Assembly: GCA_016839365.1 (NCBI GenBank)
Contig: JAEOUH010000070.1
Location: forward strand, 1-64,000
Reading direction: 5' to 3'
DNA length: 64,000 bases
Origin: Candidatus Hermodarchaeota archaeon
GTDB lineage: Archaea > Asgardarchaeota > Hermodarchaeia > Hermodarchaeales > Hermodarchaeaceae
Below the pieces are notes generated by a model. That model was not told where the DNA came from and did no database searches. It worked only from the letters and a program-made list of their open reading frames with translations. The position numbers and the translations under genes were made by a program. Positions 20,701 through 30,300 of the stretch are shown piece by piece (the stretch's first letter is position 1; each line of letters opens with the position of its first letter).

Positions 20701-21882
20701 TCATCTGAAGGACTTAGATAGATCTCGTAGCGTTCCAGTTTTATGAATCTGGATCCTGTGATCGGTTACGCTACACATCCGATCGGTGCAGGCCATGCAT
20801 GGATCGACGGATGCTACCGTGATGGGAACATCGGCTAGGGACTCTCCTGGGAGCATGAAGAGTAACGCATAATCGTTCAGGTAAGAGGGAGTTCGGACTC
20901 TAGCCCGTTCAGGTATATTGGTGCCGTTTGAAACTAGATAGTACATGAGTTCCCCGCGGGGCGCCTCAACCCGACCCACAGCCTCTCCAGTGGGGAATTC
21001 CTTTACTTCTGCGCGGATAGGTCCCCCGACGGTTTTCAGTTTATCCAAACAGAATTGGCTGATTTTCACGGATTCTACAAGTTCACCTAATCGAACTATG
21101 GCCATAGAAAGGATGTCACCTCCCTCTGCGGTAATGATATCAAATGGAATCTCATCATAGGCTGCATAGGGGTCATCCTTTCTGACATCAATAGCCATTC
21201 CCGTGGCTCGTGCTACGGGGCCTACTACGCAGATTTTTCTTGCGATTTCTTTGTCGAGAGTGCCAATACCCTTTGTCCGGGCTCGTATTCCCCCATCTTC
21301 TAGAACAGCCTTAGTTGCCGTCTCTGTCGCTTTATGGAGTAGCTTCAGCTTCTCTTCGATTTTTGGAATCATATCTTTGTCTATATCCTTTCGAACGCCC
21401 CCAATGGTATTCATTGCATAATGTTGACGGTTTCCAGAAATCGCTTCGAGCACGTCAAGGACATGTTCTCGGTCCCGCCAAATCAACATGAATAGGGTTT
21501 TGAAACCAATAAGCTCCATCCCAACGCCAGCCCATAACAAGTGGCTGTGGATTCTTTCTAACTCGGCGATGAGGGTACGGATATATCGCGCACGATCTGG
21601 GAGCTCAATTCCACCGAGCATTTCAGCGGTTTGAGTATAGGCAGTTGTGTGGGCAGCGCTACAAATGCCACAGACCCGTTCAAAGAGGTAAATGTTCTGA
21701 TGATAACTACGGGATTCCGCCAGTTTCATGATACCCCGATAGTTGTATCCAAGCTTCAAGTCTACATCCAGAACTTTTTCGCCTTCGACTTTCAACTTGA
21801 AATATTCCCCTTCAAGGAGCGCCGGGTGAAAAGGACCTAATGGCACAACGTATTCGGGGGCCGTGACTTTATCGATCTGCAT
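20701..21882 (-). CDS. group-4 [NiFe]-hydrogenase large subunit (NuoD-like)
   Basis: GPFHPAL, L1 ERVCGICSAAH, ELERIHSH, EAPRGE, L2 DPCMACTDR. Both Ni-binding CxxC motifs are intact. Confidence 0.93.
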   Translation of the reverse strand: MQIDKVTAPEYVVPLGPFHPALLEGEYFKLKVEGEKVLDVDLKLGYNYRGIMKLAESRSYHQNIYLFERVCGICSAAHTTAYTQTAEMLGGIELPDRARYIRTLIAELERIHSHLLWAGVGMELIGFKTLFMLIWRDREHVLDVLEAISGNRQHYAMNTIGGVRKDIDKDMIPKIEEKLKLLHKATETATKAVLEDGGIRARTKGIGTLDKEIARKICVVGPVARATGMAIDVRKDDPYAAYDEIPFDIITAEGGDILSMAIVRLGELVESVKISQFCLDKLKTVGGPIRAEVKEFPTGEAVGRVEAPRGELMYYLVSNGTNIPERARVRTPSYLNDYALLFMLPGESLADVPITVASVDPCMACTDRMCSVTDHRIQIHKTGTLRDLSKSFR

Positions 21883-21921
21883 GGGAATGGTTTTCTTTTT
21901 TAGTTTCTTCGGTGTTGGTAT

Positions 21922-22353
21922 CTAGCCCACCTCCTCCGACGGCCAAGCATAGGGGAGAAACAGTTTCCGGGGGTCAGGGTGGCCTTCGAAACTGATCCCT
22001 AGTAGATCCATTAGCTCCCTTTCAGCCCAATTGGCTGACCAAGCAATCTCAGTGACTGAATCGATGACGGGTTTTTTTCGTGGGAGGCGGACCTTCAAAG
22101 CGAGATGTAGACCTTTTTCTTGATGGGAAAAATCAAAGTGGTAGACGAGATCGAAACCGTGTATCCCTTCATCGTTCGCTGAAATCGCGACTAATCGTCC
22201 ATCCAGATTCTCAACTAATAATCGTGTAACAGGGCGAATATGTTGTGGTTTCAATCGGACGAAGACTCGTGAATATTTGTCAATTTTTTCATCCTCATAA
22301 TCGTCTTTGACTAAGGTGATTAATTGCTCTCGAATCGTATCCATTCGACCCAT
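21922..22353 (-). CDS. hydrogenase subunit (NuoC/MbhK-like)
   Basis: LVYHF, ANWAERELMDLLGISFEGHPDPRKLFLP..WP. Confidence 0.92.
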   Translation of the reverse strand: MGRMDTIREQLITLVKDDYEDEKIDKYSRVFVRLKPQHIRPVTRLLVENLDGRLVAISANDEGIHGFDLVYHFDFSHQEKGLHLALKVRLPRKKPVIDSVTEIAWSANWAERELMDLLGISFEGHPDPRKLFLPYAWPSEEVG

Positions 22354-23229
22354 TTAGTTTCCCACCATCCCAAGTTTAGCAATGAGGGCATCGGTTTTCA
22401 CGCGATGCTTGTCTACACCGATTTCCTGGGGTCGGAATCCCAGACTCAGCGCCATCAGCTCAGTGAGACTAAGCATTGGGATTTCATAGTGCAGATCCTG
22501 CCGTTTCAGCAGCAACTGGGCTTTCTCCAACACATCAAAGCACCCAGGACAGGCTGTAACCAAGCAATCCACCTTGGCTTCCTGCATCTTTGCTAATTTG
22601 AATTTAGCACGTTCTTCCATCGCTTCATCCAGAGAATACAATGACAACGGAAATCCACAACAGAGCTTCTCCGCCCCATACTCTATCGCCTTAACCCCAA
22701 GTGTCTCGATAATGTTATCGAAGTAGGTGACGAACTTACTCTCCGGGCTTTTATACAGTTTACAGCCATATTGAACCCCGACCTTCAGGTTCGACAATGG
22801 CTTCTTAATTGAAGCTTTCAGAGATTGCAAACCAACATCCTCTACAATGACTTCAAGGAAATGCTTGACTTTGATTTTCCCCTCCAATCTTTTATCAAAC
22901 AGCGAGAGATGAGAGTTAACCTCTGTCAACAATTCGGGGTCACTCACAATCGCCTCTCTTGCTTCATGCAAAGTTTCCCAGCATCCATTGCACAGTGCTA
23001 GAATGTCTTCACCTTCGGATTCTGCAAGAGCAAGGTTTCGTGCAGACACATACAACCATGCATCGTAATCCACTAGTCGAACAATTTCAGGTACCGGACA
23101 GCACGTGGCTCCTTCCATGTCGATTAATTTCATTTTCAGTAACGGAGCAATTCGTCGTAGGGAAGCTTCAGCAAATGGCTGCATTGAAGGGATATAACAA
23201 CCTAGGAAGAGTGCATAATTTCTGGTCAT
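22354..23229 (-). CDS. hdrB: heterodisulfide reductase subunit B-like (two CCG domains)
   Basis: FLGC..TCCP..LCNGC and YGC..LCCG..ACPGC. Start likely ATG 23229. Confidence 0.9.
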   Translation of the reverse strand: MTRNYALFLGCYIPSMQPFAEASLRRIAPLLKMKLIDMEGATCCPVPEIVRLVDYDAWLYVSARNLALAESEGEDILALCNGCWETLHEAREAIVSDPELLTEVNSHLSLFDKRLEGKIKVKHFLEVIVEDVGLQSLKASIKKPLSNLKVGVQYGCKLYKSPESKFVTYFDNIIETLGVKAIEYGAEKLCCGFPLSLYSLDEAMEERAKFKLAKMQEAKVDCLVTACPGCFDVLEKAQLLLKRQDLHYEIPMLSLTELMALSLGFRPQEIGVDKHRVKTDALIAKLGMVGN

Positions 23230-23239
23230 TTGCTGATCC

Positions 23240-23506
23240 CTACTCGTCTCTTTCATCCCACATGGCCTTGTCATAAAGGTCAGTGCCTTTCACTAGTTCT
23301 TTTAGTTCAAGGCGTGCTTTTTCATCATGATAGGCAGTCGGGGGTTTCCGGTTGATCCCTAGGTTCTCTCGAATCCTTTCCCGTGTGGATGCGAGTTTTG
23401 GGACATGACCCACTCTGATGATATTAACAATTGGATTCTTGAATGACTTTGGAAGTGTTTTCACTCTCTTTCTCCAAGGATAGAGGGTGAGTTCATCGTC
23501 ACTCAT
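23240..23506 (-). CDS. mini-HdrC: C-terminal helical part of HdrC without a ferredoxin domain
   Basis: GHVP...IRENLG....PPT......A..ELKELVKGT resembles the HdrC C-terminus. No Cys; sits immediately upstream of hdrB. Confidence 0.65.
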   Translation of the reverse strand: MSDDELTLYPWRKRVKTLPKSFKNPIVNIIRVGHVPKLASTRERIRENLGINRKPPTAYHDEKARLELKELVKGTDLYDKAMWDERDE

Positions 23507-23975
23507 TTGGTTTTGACTCCCAGATGTTTTTGGCTTCTCGTCGTGACATGACTTGTAATGCTCCAGTACTACAATATTCAGCGCATCTTGGTGATCCATC
23601 ACAGAAGTTGCATTTATTGCTGATACCCAACGACTGCTCGAAAACAGGGACAGCTAGCGGACAGGCAAAATTACAGGATTTGCAACCAATACAGCGCATC
23701 TGATCTATGGTAACGTATCCTTTGTCTGGGTCTTTCATAATCGCTTTAGGTTCAGTTGGACAGGCTAGTTCGCATAATGGATGCTCACAATGGGTGCAAT
23801 GAGCGTTAACAAAACGATTCAATCCAACATCTTGTGGAAGCACCCGGAGATAGGCTTTTTCTAGGTTGGCTTCTTCATGATGGTAAAAAGAACACGCTAT
23901 CATGCAATAATAACAGCCGGAACACTTCTCCGGATCATATACCAGTACTTTCTGGTTCAGAAATTCATCCGACAT
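23499..23975 (-). CDS. 4x[4Fe-4S] ferredoxin-like electron-transfer subunit (CooF/HydN-like)
   Basis: CSGCYYCMIAC, CTHCEHPLCELACP, CIGCKSCNFACP, KCNFC....RCAEYC. Start ATG 23975. Confidence 0.92.
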   Translation of the reverse strand: MSDEFLNQKVLVYDPEKCSGCYYCMIACSFYHHEEANLEKAYLRVLPQDVGLNRFVNAHCTHCEHPLCELACPTEPKAIMKDPDKGYVTIDQMRCIGCKSCNFACPLAVPVFEQSLGISNKCNFCDGSPRCAEYCSTGALQVMSRREAKNIWESKPNE

Positions 23976-24029
23976 TCGGGTCCTTCCACGGGCAATCTGC
24001 ATGTCGGAATAATACGTACGGTATGCGCC

Positions 24030-24045
24030 TATAAATGTATAAACC
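24030..24045 (-). promoter_or_regulatory. probable TATA promoter of the Hdr/group-4 hydrogenase operon
   Basis: Minus-strand TTTATACATTTATA in the 83-nt gap between hydA and the ferredoxin-like gene. Confidence 0.5.
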
Positions 24046-24058
24046 CGTACAAGTGGTT

Positions 24059-25339
24059 CTAGCACGTATGCAAGTAATGAACGGAGCAGGAAATGCACGG
24101 ATCATAAGCCCGTATGAGCATATTAAGCTTCAATTCAGCTTCTTCTTTAGACAAATCTTGCAAAGTGGGGGCAAGTGCCCGAATGTCTGCTTCGATGTTG
24201 GCATAATTCATGGCGGTAGGTGTGATTACATCTGCGGATGTCACCTTCCCCCGTGCATCAAAGGCATATCGATGGATGAGGACACCTCGTGGGGCTTCAA
24301 CTGCGGCTGCACTCATTCCAGCCCGGGCCTCGTGTTTCGCCACATGAGGTTCTAATTTTGTCCTTCGGAGCTCATCGATGATTTCAATCGCATGGTCAAG
24401 ATAATGCAGATATTCGATGGCTTGGCCAATATTCATTTGGAAAATATCATAGCTAGGAAGTTTCAGGCCTACCTGTTGAATCATCTGCTTTGCGGTATCA
24501 GAGAGTTGATCATATGCTATGTTCAATCGAGCTAGTGAGCCAACCACAAAGGGTGTGCCTTTAATTTCACTGAATTTTGCATGAGCATAGGGCACGTTTC
24601 GTTCTTTTATCATGGTTTGATACTCGGGTACAGAGATTTGCAGCCCCATATCTGTAACCAGTTGTCCGTCATGAATCGGGTATTCCTTGGGGTGCTTGAC
24701 AGCTAAGTATTGGCTTCGCCTAACAAGTTGTGGGTCGGTAAAATTCCCCATCAATTCAATCTGTCCCTTTGCGTCTGGGATTGCAGCCCGAAGCCGTTTC
24801 TTCATCGACTCCAATTGCGTTAGGGAGGGAACATGTGTAAATCCACCCACCACTGCACAGAGTGGGTGTGTGTGCCTTCCTCCAACCAGTTCCATAAGCT
24901 CGTTTCCAAGCTTTTTGAGCTGTAAGGCTCGTTGCACTTCTTTTTGATATTTCGGGAGCATTTCTACTATATTTCGGGCTCCGACGTAGTCCGGCAGGGC
25001 AAGAAAATTGATGTGGAGTGCGTGGCTCTCGAGCATATCTCCTAACAACATGAGCTTTCGGAGTTGTATTGTTTGGTGACTCGGTTCGATCCGTAATGCG
25101 GCTTCCACAGCCCTTAATGCAGCTACGGCATGGGAATGGCTGCAAATGCCACAGATGCGGGACATGACGTGGGAGACTTCAGCGAAGCACTGATTTCTAA
25201 GGAAAGCTTCGAACAGGCGCGTTCCTTCGGTGACACGCATTTCAACGTGTGGCTCTTTGCCTTTTTGCAGCTCTACAAAGAGATCACCATGCCCTTCGAC
25301 TCGGGCTATATGATGGATGTCGAATTTTGCTACAACCAT
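24059..25339 (-). CDS. hydA: group 3b [NiFe]-hydrogenase (sulfhydrogenase) large subunit
   Basis: ARVEGHG, SRICGICSHSH, EAPRG, RAYDPCISCSVH. Confidence 0.95.
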   Translation of the reverse strand: MVVAKFDIHHIARVEGHGDLFVELQKGKEPHVEMRVTEGTRLFEAFLRNQCFAEVSHVMSRICGICSHSHAVAALRAVEAALRIEPSHQTIQLRKLMLLGDMLESHALHINFLALPDYVGARNIVEMLPKYQKEVQRALQLKKLGNELMELVGGRHTHPLCAVVGGFTHVPSLTQLESMKKRLRAAIPDAKGQIELMGNFTDPQLVRRSQYLAVKHPKEYPIHDGQLVTDMGLQISVPEYQTMIKERNVPYAHAKFSEIKGTPFVVGSLARLNIAYDQLSDTAKQMIQQVGLKLPSYDIFQMNIGQAIEYLHYLDHAIEIIDELRRTKLEPHVAKHEARAGMSAAAVEAPRGVLIHRYAFDARGKVTSADVITPTAMNYANIEADIRALAPTLQDLSKEEAELKLNMLIRAYDPCISCSVHYLHTC

Positions 25340-26121
25340 TCGATGTCTAACCTCTTTTTCAGCTGCTTCATGAAGTCTTCCATGGAAGCATTAAACATAC
25401 GGAATTTCCTAACGACAACATCAAAACTCGCTCCCTTTTGTGAGAACATGTTGATCTCCGATTCCACGTTGGCTTGAGGGACTGGGCCCCAACAACCTTC
25501 ACATGGGAAGCCAACACTGGGACATCGTGCTCCGCATCCAGCACGTGTTATCGGACCTAAACAGAGTTCTCCTTCCTTCATCAGACAGATATTTTCTTTA
25601 AGACGACATTCCACACATACAGCATAGTTTTTCTCTGAAGGCTCTCCACCGGTCAGTAGGGCTGTGAGGAACTCGATAAATTCATCACCGGCTATAGGGC
25701 AGCCCTGTAACTCATAATCAACCTTGACGTATTCCTTCAAAGGTTGGATTTGCGGAAGTGTTCGTACATGTGAGGCATCCCCATATACACTTTGTTTGAG
25801 CTCTTCGATATTTCGACCATTTCGAAGAGCATTAACGCCACCTGTGGTTGCACATGCACCTAAGGCAACTAACACCTTTGATTTTTCTCGGAGTTCTTTG
25901 AGATGGGCAAGTTCTGCTTCATTTGTGACAGATCCTTCGACGAAGCAGACATCATACGGTCCCGGATGTTTTGCAGAGCTACCCATCCGAAATTGCACGA
26001 GGTTAATATGTCCAAGAATCTCCAAGAGCTCTTCTTCCAGATTGAGAACCTCGAGCTGGCATCCGGCACAGCAGGTTAAGCCGTAAAAAGCAACGACGGG
26101 TTTCGATTTCTCTGTGGGCAT
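25330..26121 (-). CDS. hydD: group 3b hydrogenase small (delta) subunit
   Basis: TCCAGCQ, VEGSV, LGACATTGG, GCP, VCVEC...CLGPITRAGCGARCP...CEGC. Confidence 0.95.
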   Translation of the reverse strand: MPTEKSKPVVAFYGLTCCAGCQLEVLNLEEELLEILGHINLVQFRMGSSAKHPGPYDVCFVEGSVTNEAELAHLKELREKSKVLVALGACATTGGVNALRNGRNIEELKQSVYGDASHVRTLPQIQPLKEYVKVDYELQGCPIAGDEFIEFLTALLTGGEPSEKNYAVCVECRLKENICLMKEGELCLGPITRAGCGARCPSVGFPCEGCWGPVPQANVESEINMFSQKGASFDVVVRKFRMFNASMEDFMKQLKKRLDIEWL

Positions 26122-26143
26122 ATATTGAATTCCTCCCGGTTCC

Positions 26144-27001
26144 TTATACTGCTCCTCGTTGTGCCTTCACCTCTGCATAGCTAAACACTGGCCCATCTTG
26201 GCAGACGAATTTCGACCCCACAAGACAATGGCTGCAATGTCCGACACCGCATTTCATGCGGCGTTCGAGGGACAAGAAAACCCGATCATCAGGTAATCCA
26301 ATCTTTTCTAATTCACGCAATACGAACTTGTACATGATGGGGGGTCCACATACAAGCGCATAGGTGTCTTTGGGCGAAATGTTGATACGGTCAAAAAGAA
26401 CCGTAACAACGCCGATGTTTCCAGCCCAACAATGTTCATCATCCCGGTCAACGGTAGCGACATATTCGATATCCCGTCGGTTGCCCCAAAGATAGAGTTC
26501 ATCTTTAAAGAGGAGCTCCTCTGGGCACCGAGCACCATACATGATCTGTAATTTCCCGTAATTGTCTCGGTTCTCAATAACGTCGAGGATTGCTGGTCGC
26601 AGGGGTACTAGGCCAATTCCACCACCAATGATAACGATATTTTTCCCTTTCACTTCATCCATGGGCCATCCATGTCCAAACGGTCCACGGAATCCCACGA
26701 CACTGTCTGGATTTAGGTTTTGAAGAACATTGGTTAACTTACCAACTGAGCGAATACAGAGATCGAATGAATCAGTCTTATTTGGAGATGAGCAAATGCC
26801 AAAAGGAGCCTCTCCATATCCAAAGATCGACAGGAGTATGAACTGACCTGGTGTAAAGGTGAACTGCTTTTGGATTCCTGGGTCAACATACTCAAAGGTA
26901 TAAAGATTAGTATCGGGAGTCTGTGGCGTTATTCTCACTAGACGGGCCTTATTGTACTGGTAAGCGTTTTTCTCATGACGAAGTGAAACAGGATAGGTCA
27001 T
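26144..27001 (-). CDS. hydG: sulfhydrogenase gamma subunit (FAD/NAD(P)-binding, 2Fe-2S)
   Basis: PGQF, RGPFG, GGGIGLVP, CGPP.M, ERRMKCGVGHCSHC...CQDGPVF. Confidence 0.95.
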   Translation of the reverse strand: MTYPVSLRHEKNAYQYNKARLVRITPQTPDTNLYTFEYVDPGIQKQFTFTPGQFILLSIFGYGEAPFGICSSPNKTDSFDLCIRSVGKLTNVLQNLNPDSVVGFRGPFGHGWPMDEVKGKNIVIIGGGIGLVPLRPAILDVIENRDNYGKLQIMYGARCPEELLFKDELYLWGNRRDIEYVATVDRDDEHCWAGNIGVVTVLFDRINISPKDTYALVCGPPIMYKFVLRELEKIGLPDDRVFLSLERRMKCGVGHCSHCLVGSKFVCQDGPVFSYAEVKAQRGAV

Positions 27002-27005
27002 CTTG

Positions 27006-28079
27006 TTAGGTTCCTCCCTCTTGGATATCGGTCAATAATTCAATCATATCAATATCTGCGGGGCAAGTTCGGGTGCATCGTCCACAGCCTACACAGCCTA
27101 TTACTTGGATTTGTTCAGGCTCAATCCAGAATTTATGGTAGATGCGGAATCGCACACGCGACGGAATAGTTGGCCGGAAATTATGACCTCCTGCAACTAG
27201 GGCAAAATCTACGAGTTGACAGGAATCCCAATTGCGAACACGAGAACCTTGGTTTAAATCCAGTTCTACTCGGTCCTTCACATCAAAACAGAAGCAGGTG
27301 GGGCAAACTAGGGTACAGGCACCACATCCAAAACACCGATTTCCCAAACGGGCCCACATCTCTCCTTCATAACCTACCTGCAATCGTTCTGGAAGCTTCT
27401 CGAATTCGGGGATAAGATCAGGAAAGGTGTCTTCTCGACTAGTGAGGAGCTGTTCGACGCTTTTGCTTTGTTCTTTTGATGCAGATGAGAAAAGTGATTT
27501 CGTGTAATCTATTACTAACTGCCCAGTTTCGGTGAGAACATCCACATAGTAGCTATCATGGAGTTCTGTGAGCATTAGATCTGCACCTTCGGTGGACGAG
27601 AGTGTCATTGTTGACTTACAGAAACTCTCTTCGCACGGTGTAAGGCAATTCAACCCGATGATAATCCCCCTTTCACGTCGATGGGTTCGATAAGGATCAG
27701 GATAGACTTGGGTGAGAATTTTATCGTGAAACTTTATGGCTGCTAGATCACATGAATGGATGCCAACTATCACAAATCGCTTCCCGTTCCAGAGGGTGGC
27801 TTCTTCGCTTTCTTCTAGCGGGCTAGTTATGTTGAGTTGAGGGCTTAAGGAAAAACGGACCATTTCTTCTTGGGGCGGTATGAAGTACTTCTTTGGCGGA
27901 AGAATAGTTGTATCATAATCCAACCGCAGCTGGGATCCCTCACTGATTTCATCAAAGACAAACTGGGTTTTCTTCGCCACTGGTCCATAAACAGTCAAAA
28001 TATGGGTGAGTTTTTTAATAAATGGAGTAATGTCTCCTTTCTTTAAGATCAGTGGACTTGTTGTACTTCTAGGGGCCAT
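27006..28079 (-). CDS. hydB: sulfhydrogenase beta subunit (AsrA-like Fe-S protein)
   Basis: PPKK, HSCD, CFGCGACTLVCPTCFCF, CVGCGRCTRTCP. GGTGA SD precedes ATG 28079. Confidence 0.93.
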   Translation of the reverse strand: MAPRSTTSPLILKKGDITPFIKKLTHILTVYGPVAKKTQFVFDEISEGSQLRLDYDTTILPPKKYFIPPQEEMVRFSLSPQLNITSPLEESEEATLWNGKRFVIVGIHSCDLAAIKFHDKILTQVYPDPYRTHRRERGIIIGLNCLTPCEESFCKSTMTLSSTEGADLMLTELHDSYYVDVLTETGQLVIDYTKSLFSSASKEQSKSVEQLLTSREDTFPDLIPEFEKLPERLQVGYEGEMWARLGNRCFGCGACTLVCPTCFCFDVKDRVELDLNQGSRVRNWDSCQLVDFALVAGGHNFRPTIPSRVRFRIYHKFWIEPEQIQVIGCVGCGRCTRTCPADIDMIELLTDIQEGGT

Positions 28080-28314
28080 GATAATCACCCACTCGTTGAG
28101 AACCTTTTCTGGTAGAAGACCCATCGCTAACCCTTGTTGCGAGGTTAAAATGTCTTAGGCTAGTTCAACTTAGCACTTTTTGGGTTTTCTGAACTTTCTA
28201 TGATGAATCCCAACGCCTTTATAAGCAACGCTGTGAGCGATAAAGAATTAATTAGGAGTTCCCTTAGAGAGGAGCACTGTAAAGGTTTGATTCACCTAAT
28301 ATCGGGGTTATCTT

Positions 28315-30207
28315 ATGGAGGCAAACCAACAAACGGAGTCTGGGGTAAATAAACAACCCTCGCTCGCTGACCTATTACAAGTATCGCAGCCTGCAATCAG
28401 TCTCTATTTTGAACTTGCCACAGGACTTTCTCCTGCTCCATTGACCGAGATTCAGGAACAGCATGGCTTATCCATGAAGAAAGCGGATCAGTACCTCACT
28501 GAACTCCAAACCTGTGGATTGGTCCGGCGCAATCCCGACGAAACCTATGAGGCTGTCGCCCCAGTTGAAGCAGTCATGATTGCTCTCACCCGAGTACGTG
28601 ATCTTTTACGTCAACTTCGCACAGATTTTCCAGAACGAGTTGAAACTGGTATCCCTGGAATCGATGCTTCAGTTAGAAAAGAAGTTGAAACACTCCCCTA
28701 TCAGTTAGAAAAGCTTCGGACGAATATTGACCAGAGACTTGATACCGCCTTTGAAGGTTTTCGTGGTAAAGCTGAGTCCATGCGAGCATCCCCTGCCTTT
28801 GAAGTGTTTACAGATGAGCTTCAAGCAAAGATACTCTCAGAAGTGGATGAGCGTATGATGGAAACCCGAAATCGACTCAATGATTTTGAATCGATTGATG
28901 TTTTTATCAATGTCCTTAACAAACTGAATAACGACGTGTTTGACATCGTCAACATATCACTATCAGATATGCGTGAACAATCCTTCCGGCTCCACGAATT
29001 AGAGGACTTCCGTGAAACCCTTATTGAGCTCTGGAATGTCACCCCCTCTGTTGTCGAAGAGCACTTAGCAGACTTTGAGCAGGAAATGAGTGTCTTGGAA
29101 GCGTCACTCGGTGACCTTATGGAGACTAAATATCGGCTCGGGGCTTTTAAAGGGGTTATTGAGAACTTCGCTCGAGACCACATCATGACCGCTGTAAAAC
29201 GACTCAAGGCTAATTTTCAGATTTCTCTAACTGAAGCTATCCAGGATCACTTACAAGAGGCTCAGGAACGCTTCGAAGAGGTTGCGAAATCAGCCCATCA
29301 AGAGTTCGATAAACTGCGGGAACAACTGGCTGAATGGGTTCGTAACGCTCTGGATTTAGCCTTTAATGAAGTAATTCAACGGAATCAGAAAGCTACCACG
29401 GAATTAGCTGATCGCTTTGCCGACCTAACACTCGCTTTTCAATCCCAGTTTGCTGAAGGACTTGAAGATTCCGTGAAGCAAGTCAAACTCCAAGCTCGCG
29501 AACTCGACACCCACATAGCTAAAATTCCTGACATCATTGACAAGCTGCGAACGCAAGAGTTTACTTCACAACTTGATCAGATGGTGACTCAAAGCGAACA
29601 GCATTTAACAAAAATCACCCATGATATCCCAAAGGTCTTCTCAGAGTGGCGAACTCAATATATCCAATCCACAAACGCACAACTCGCTAGTCTGCTTGAG
29701 GAGGCGGAAGGACATGTTACCCTTGCTACTCAAAGTGTCAACCAGTTCTGGCGTCGATCTAAGGAATCTGAACCTTCAACCTTTGATCTGTATCAATTTG
29801 TAGTTGGAGAAAAGGAATTCTATTCCTATATGGCCAGTCAAATCTCCCGGGCTCGAAGTCAACTCTTCATCATTCTTCCTCGAGCTATTCGAATCAAAGT
29901 CAAGCTCTTAAAAATGATCCCAAGCGATGTTCGCGTACGCATCGTTGTCGCTGACACGCCTGCAACGAAAATAGTCCAAAGCTTGCAGCGTCTAGCAGCG
30001 CAGAACTCCAACTACCAGCTCCGTCACGATCCTCGTGGAGACCTATGGGGAGTCATTCATGATAAGGAAGAAATCATCTTAGGAAATACTTCAAAGGGCA
30101 CAGTAAACGTTGTTGGGATTGCGTCAAGTCATGAAGACCACGTAGATATGCTCCGCTCTATCATGGAGACCCGTTGGCTCCATGCGCGCAGCCTACCATC
30201 ACAATAG
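28315..30207 (+). CDS. TrmB-like HTH protein with long coiled coil and C-terminal TrmB/PLD-like domain
   Basis: N-terminal wHTH ending YEAVAP, ~400-aa helical middle, C-terminal DKEEIILG. Confidence 0.72.
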   Translation: MEANQQTESGVNKQPSLADLLQVSQPAISLYFELATGLSPAPLTEIQEQHGLSMKKADQYLTELQTCGLVRRNPDETYEAVAPVEAVMIALTRVRDLLRQLRTDFPERVETGIPGIDASVRKEVETLPYQLEKLRTNIDQRLDTAFEGFRGKAESMRASPAFEVFTDELQAKILSEVDERMMETRNRLNDFESIDVFINVLNKLNNDVFDIVNISLSDMREQSFRLHELEDFRETLIELWNVTPSVVEEHLADFEQEMSVLEASLGDLMETKYRLGAFKGVIENFARDHIMTAVKRLKANFQISLTEAIQDHLQEAQERFEEVAKSAHQEFDKLREQLAEWVRNALDLAFNEVIQRNQKATTELADRFADLTLAFQSQFAEGLEDSVKQVKLQARELDTHIAKIPDIIDKLRTQEFTSQLDQMVTQSEQHLTKITHDIPKVFSEWRTQYIQSTNAQLASLLEEAEGHVTLATQSVNQFWRRSKESEPSTFDLYQFVVGEKEFYSYMASQISRARSQLFIILPRAIRIKVKLLKMIPSDVRVRIVVADTPATKIVQSLQRLAAQNSNYQLRHDPRGDLWGVIHDKEEIILGNTSKGTVNVVGIASSHEDHVDMLRSIMETRWLHARSLPSQ

Positions 30208-30300
30208 GGGTTGCGTAACCGACGCGCTTTTAACAAGCGGACAACACGAGTTGCTTCAAGTGACATCAGGTTAGTTAAACGGGAGTTAGTGAGACAATCC

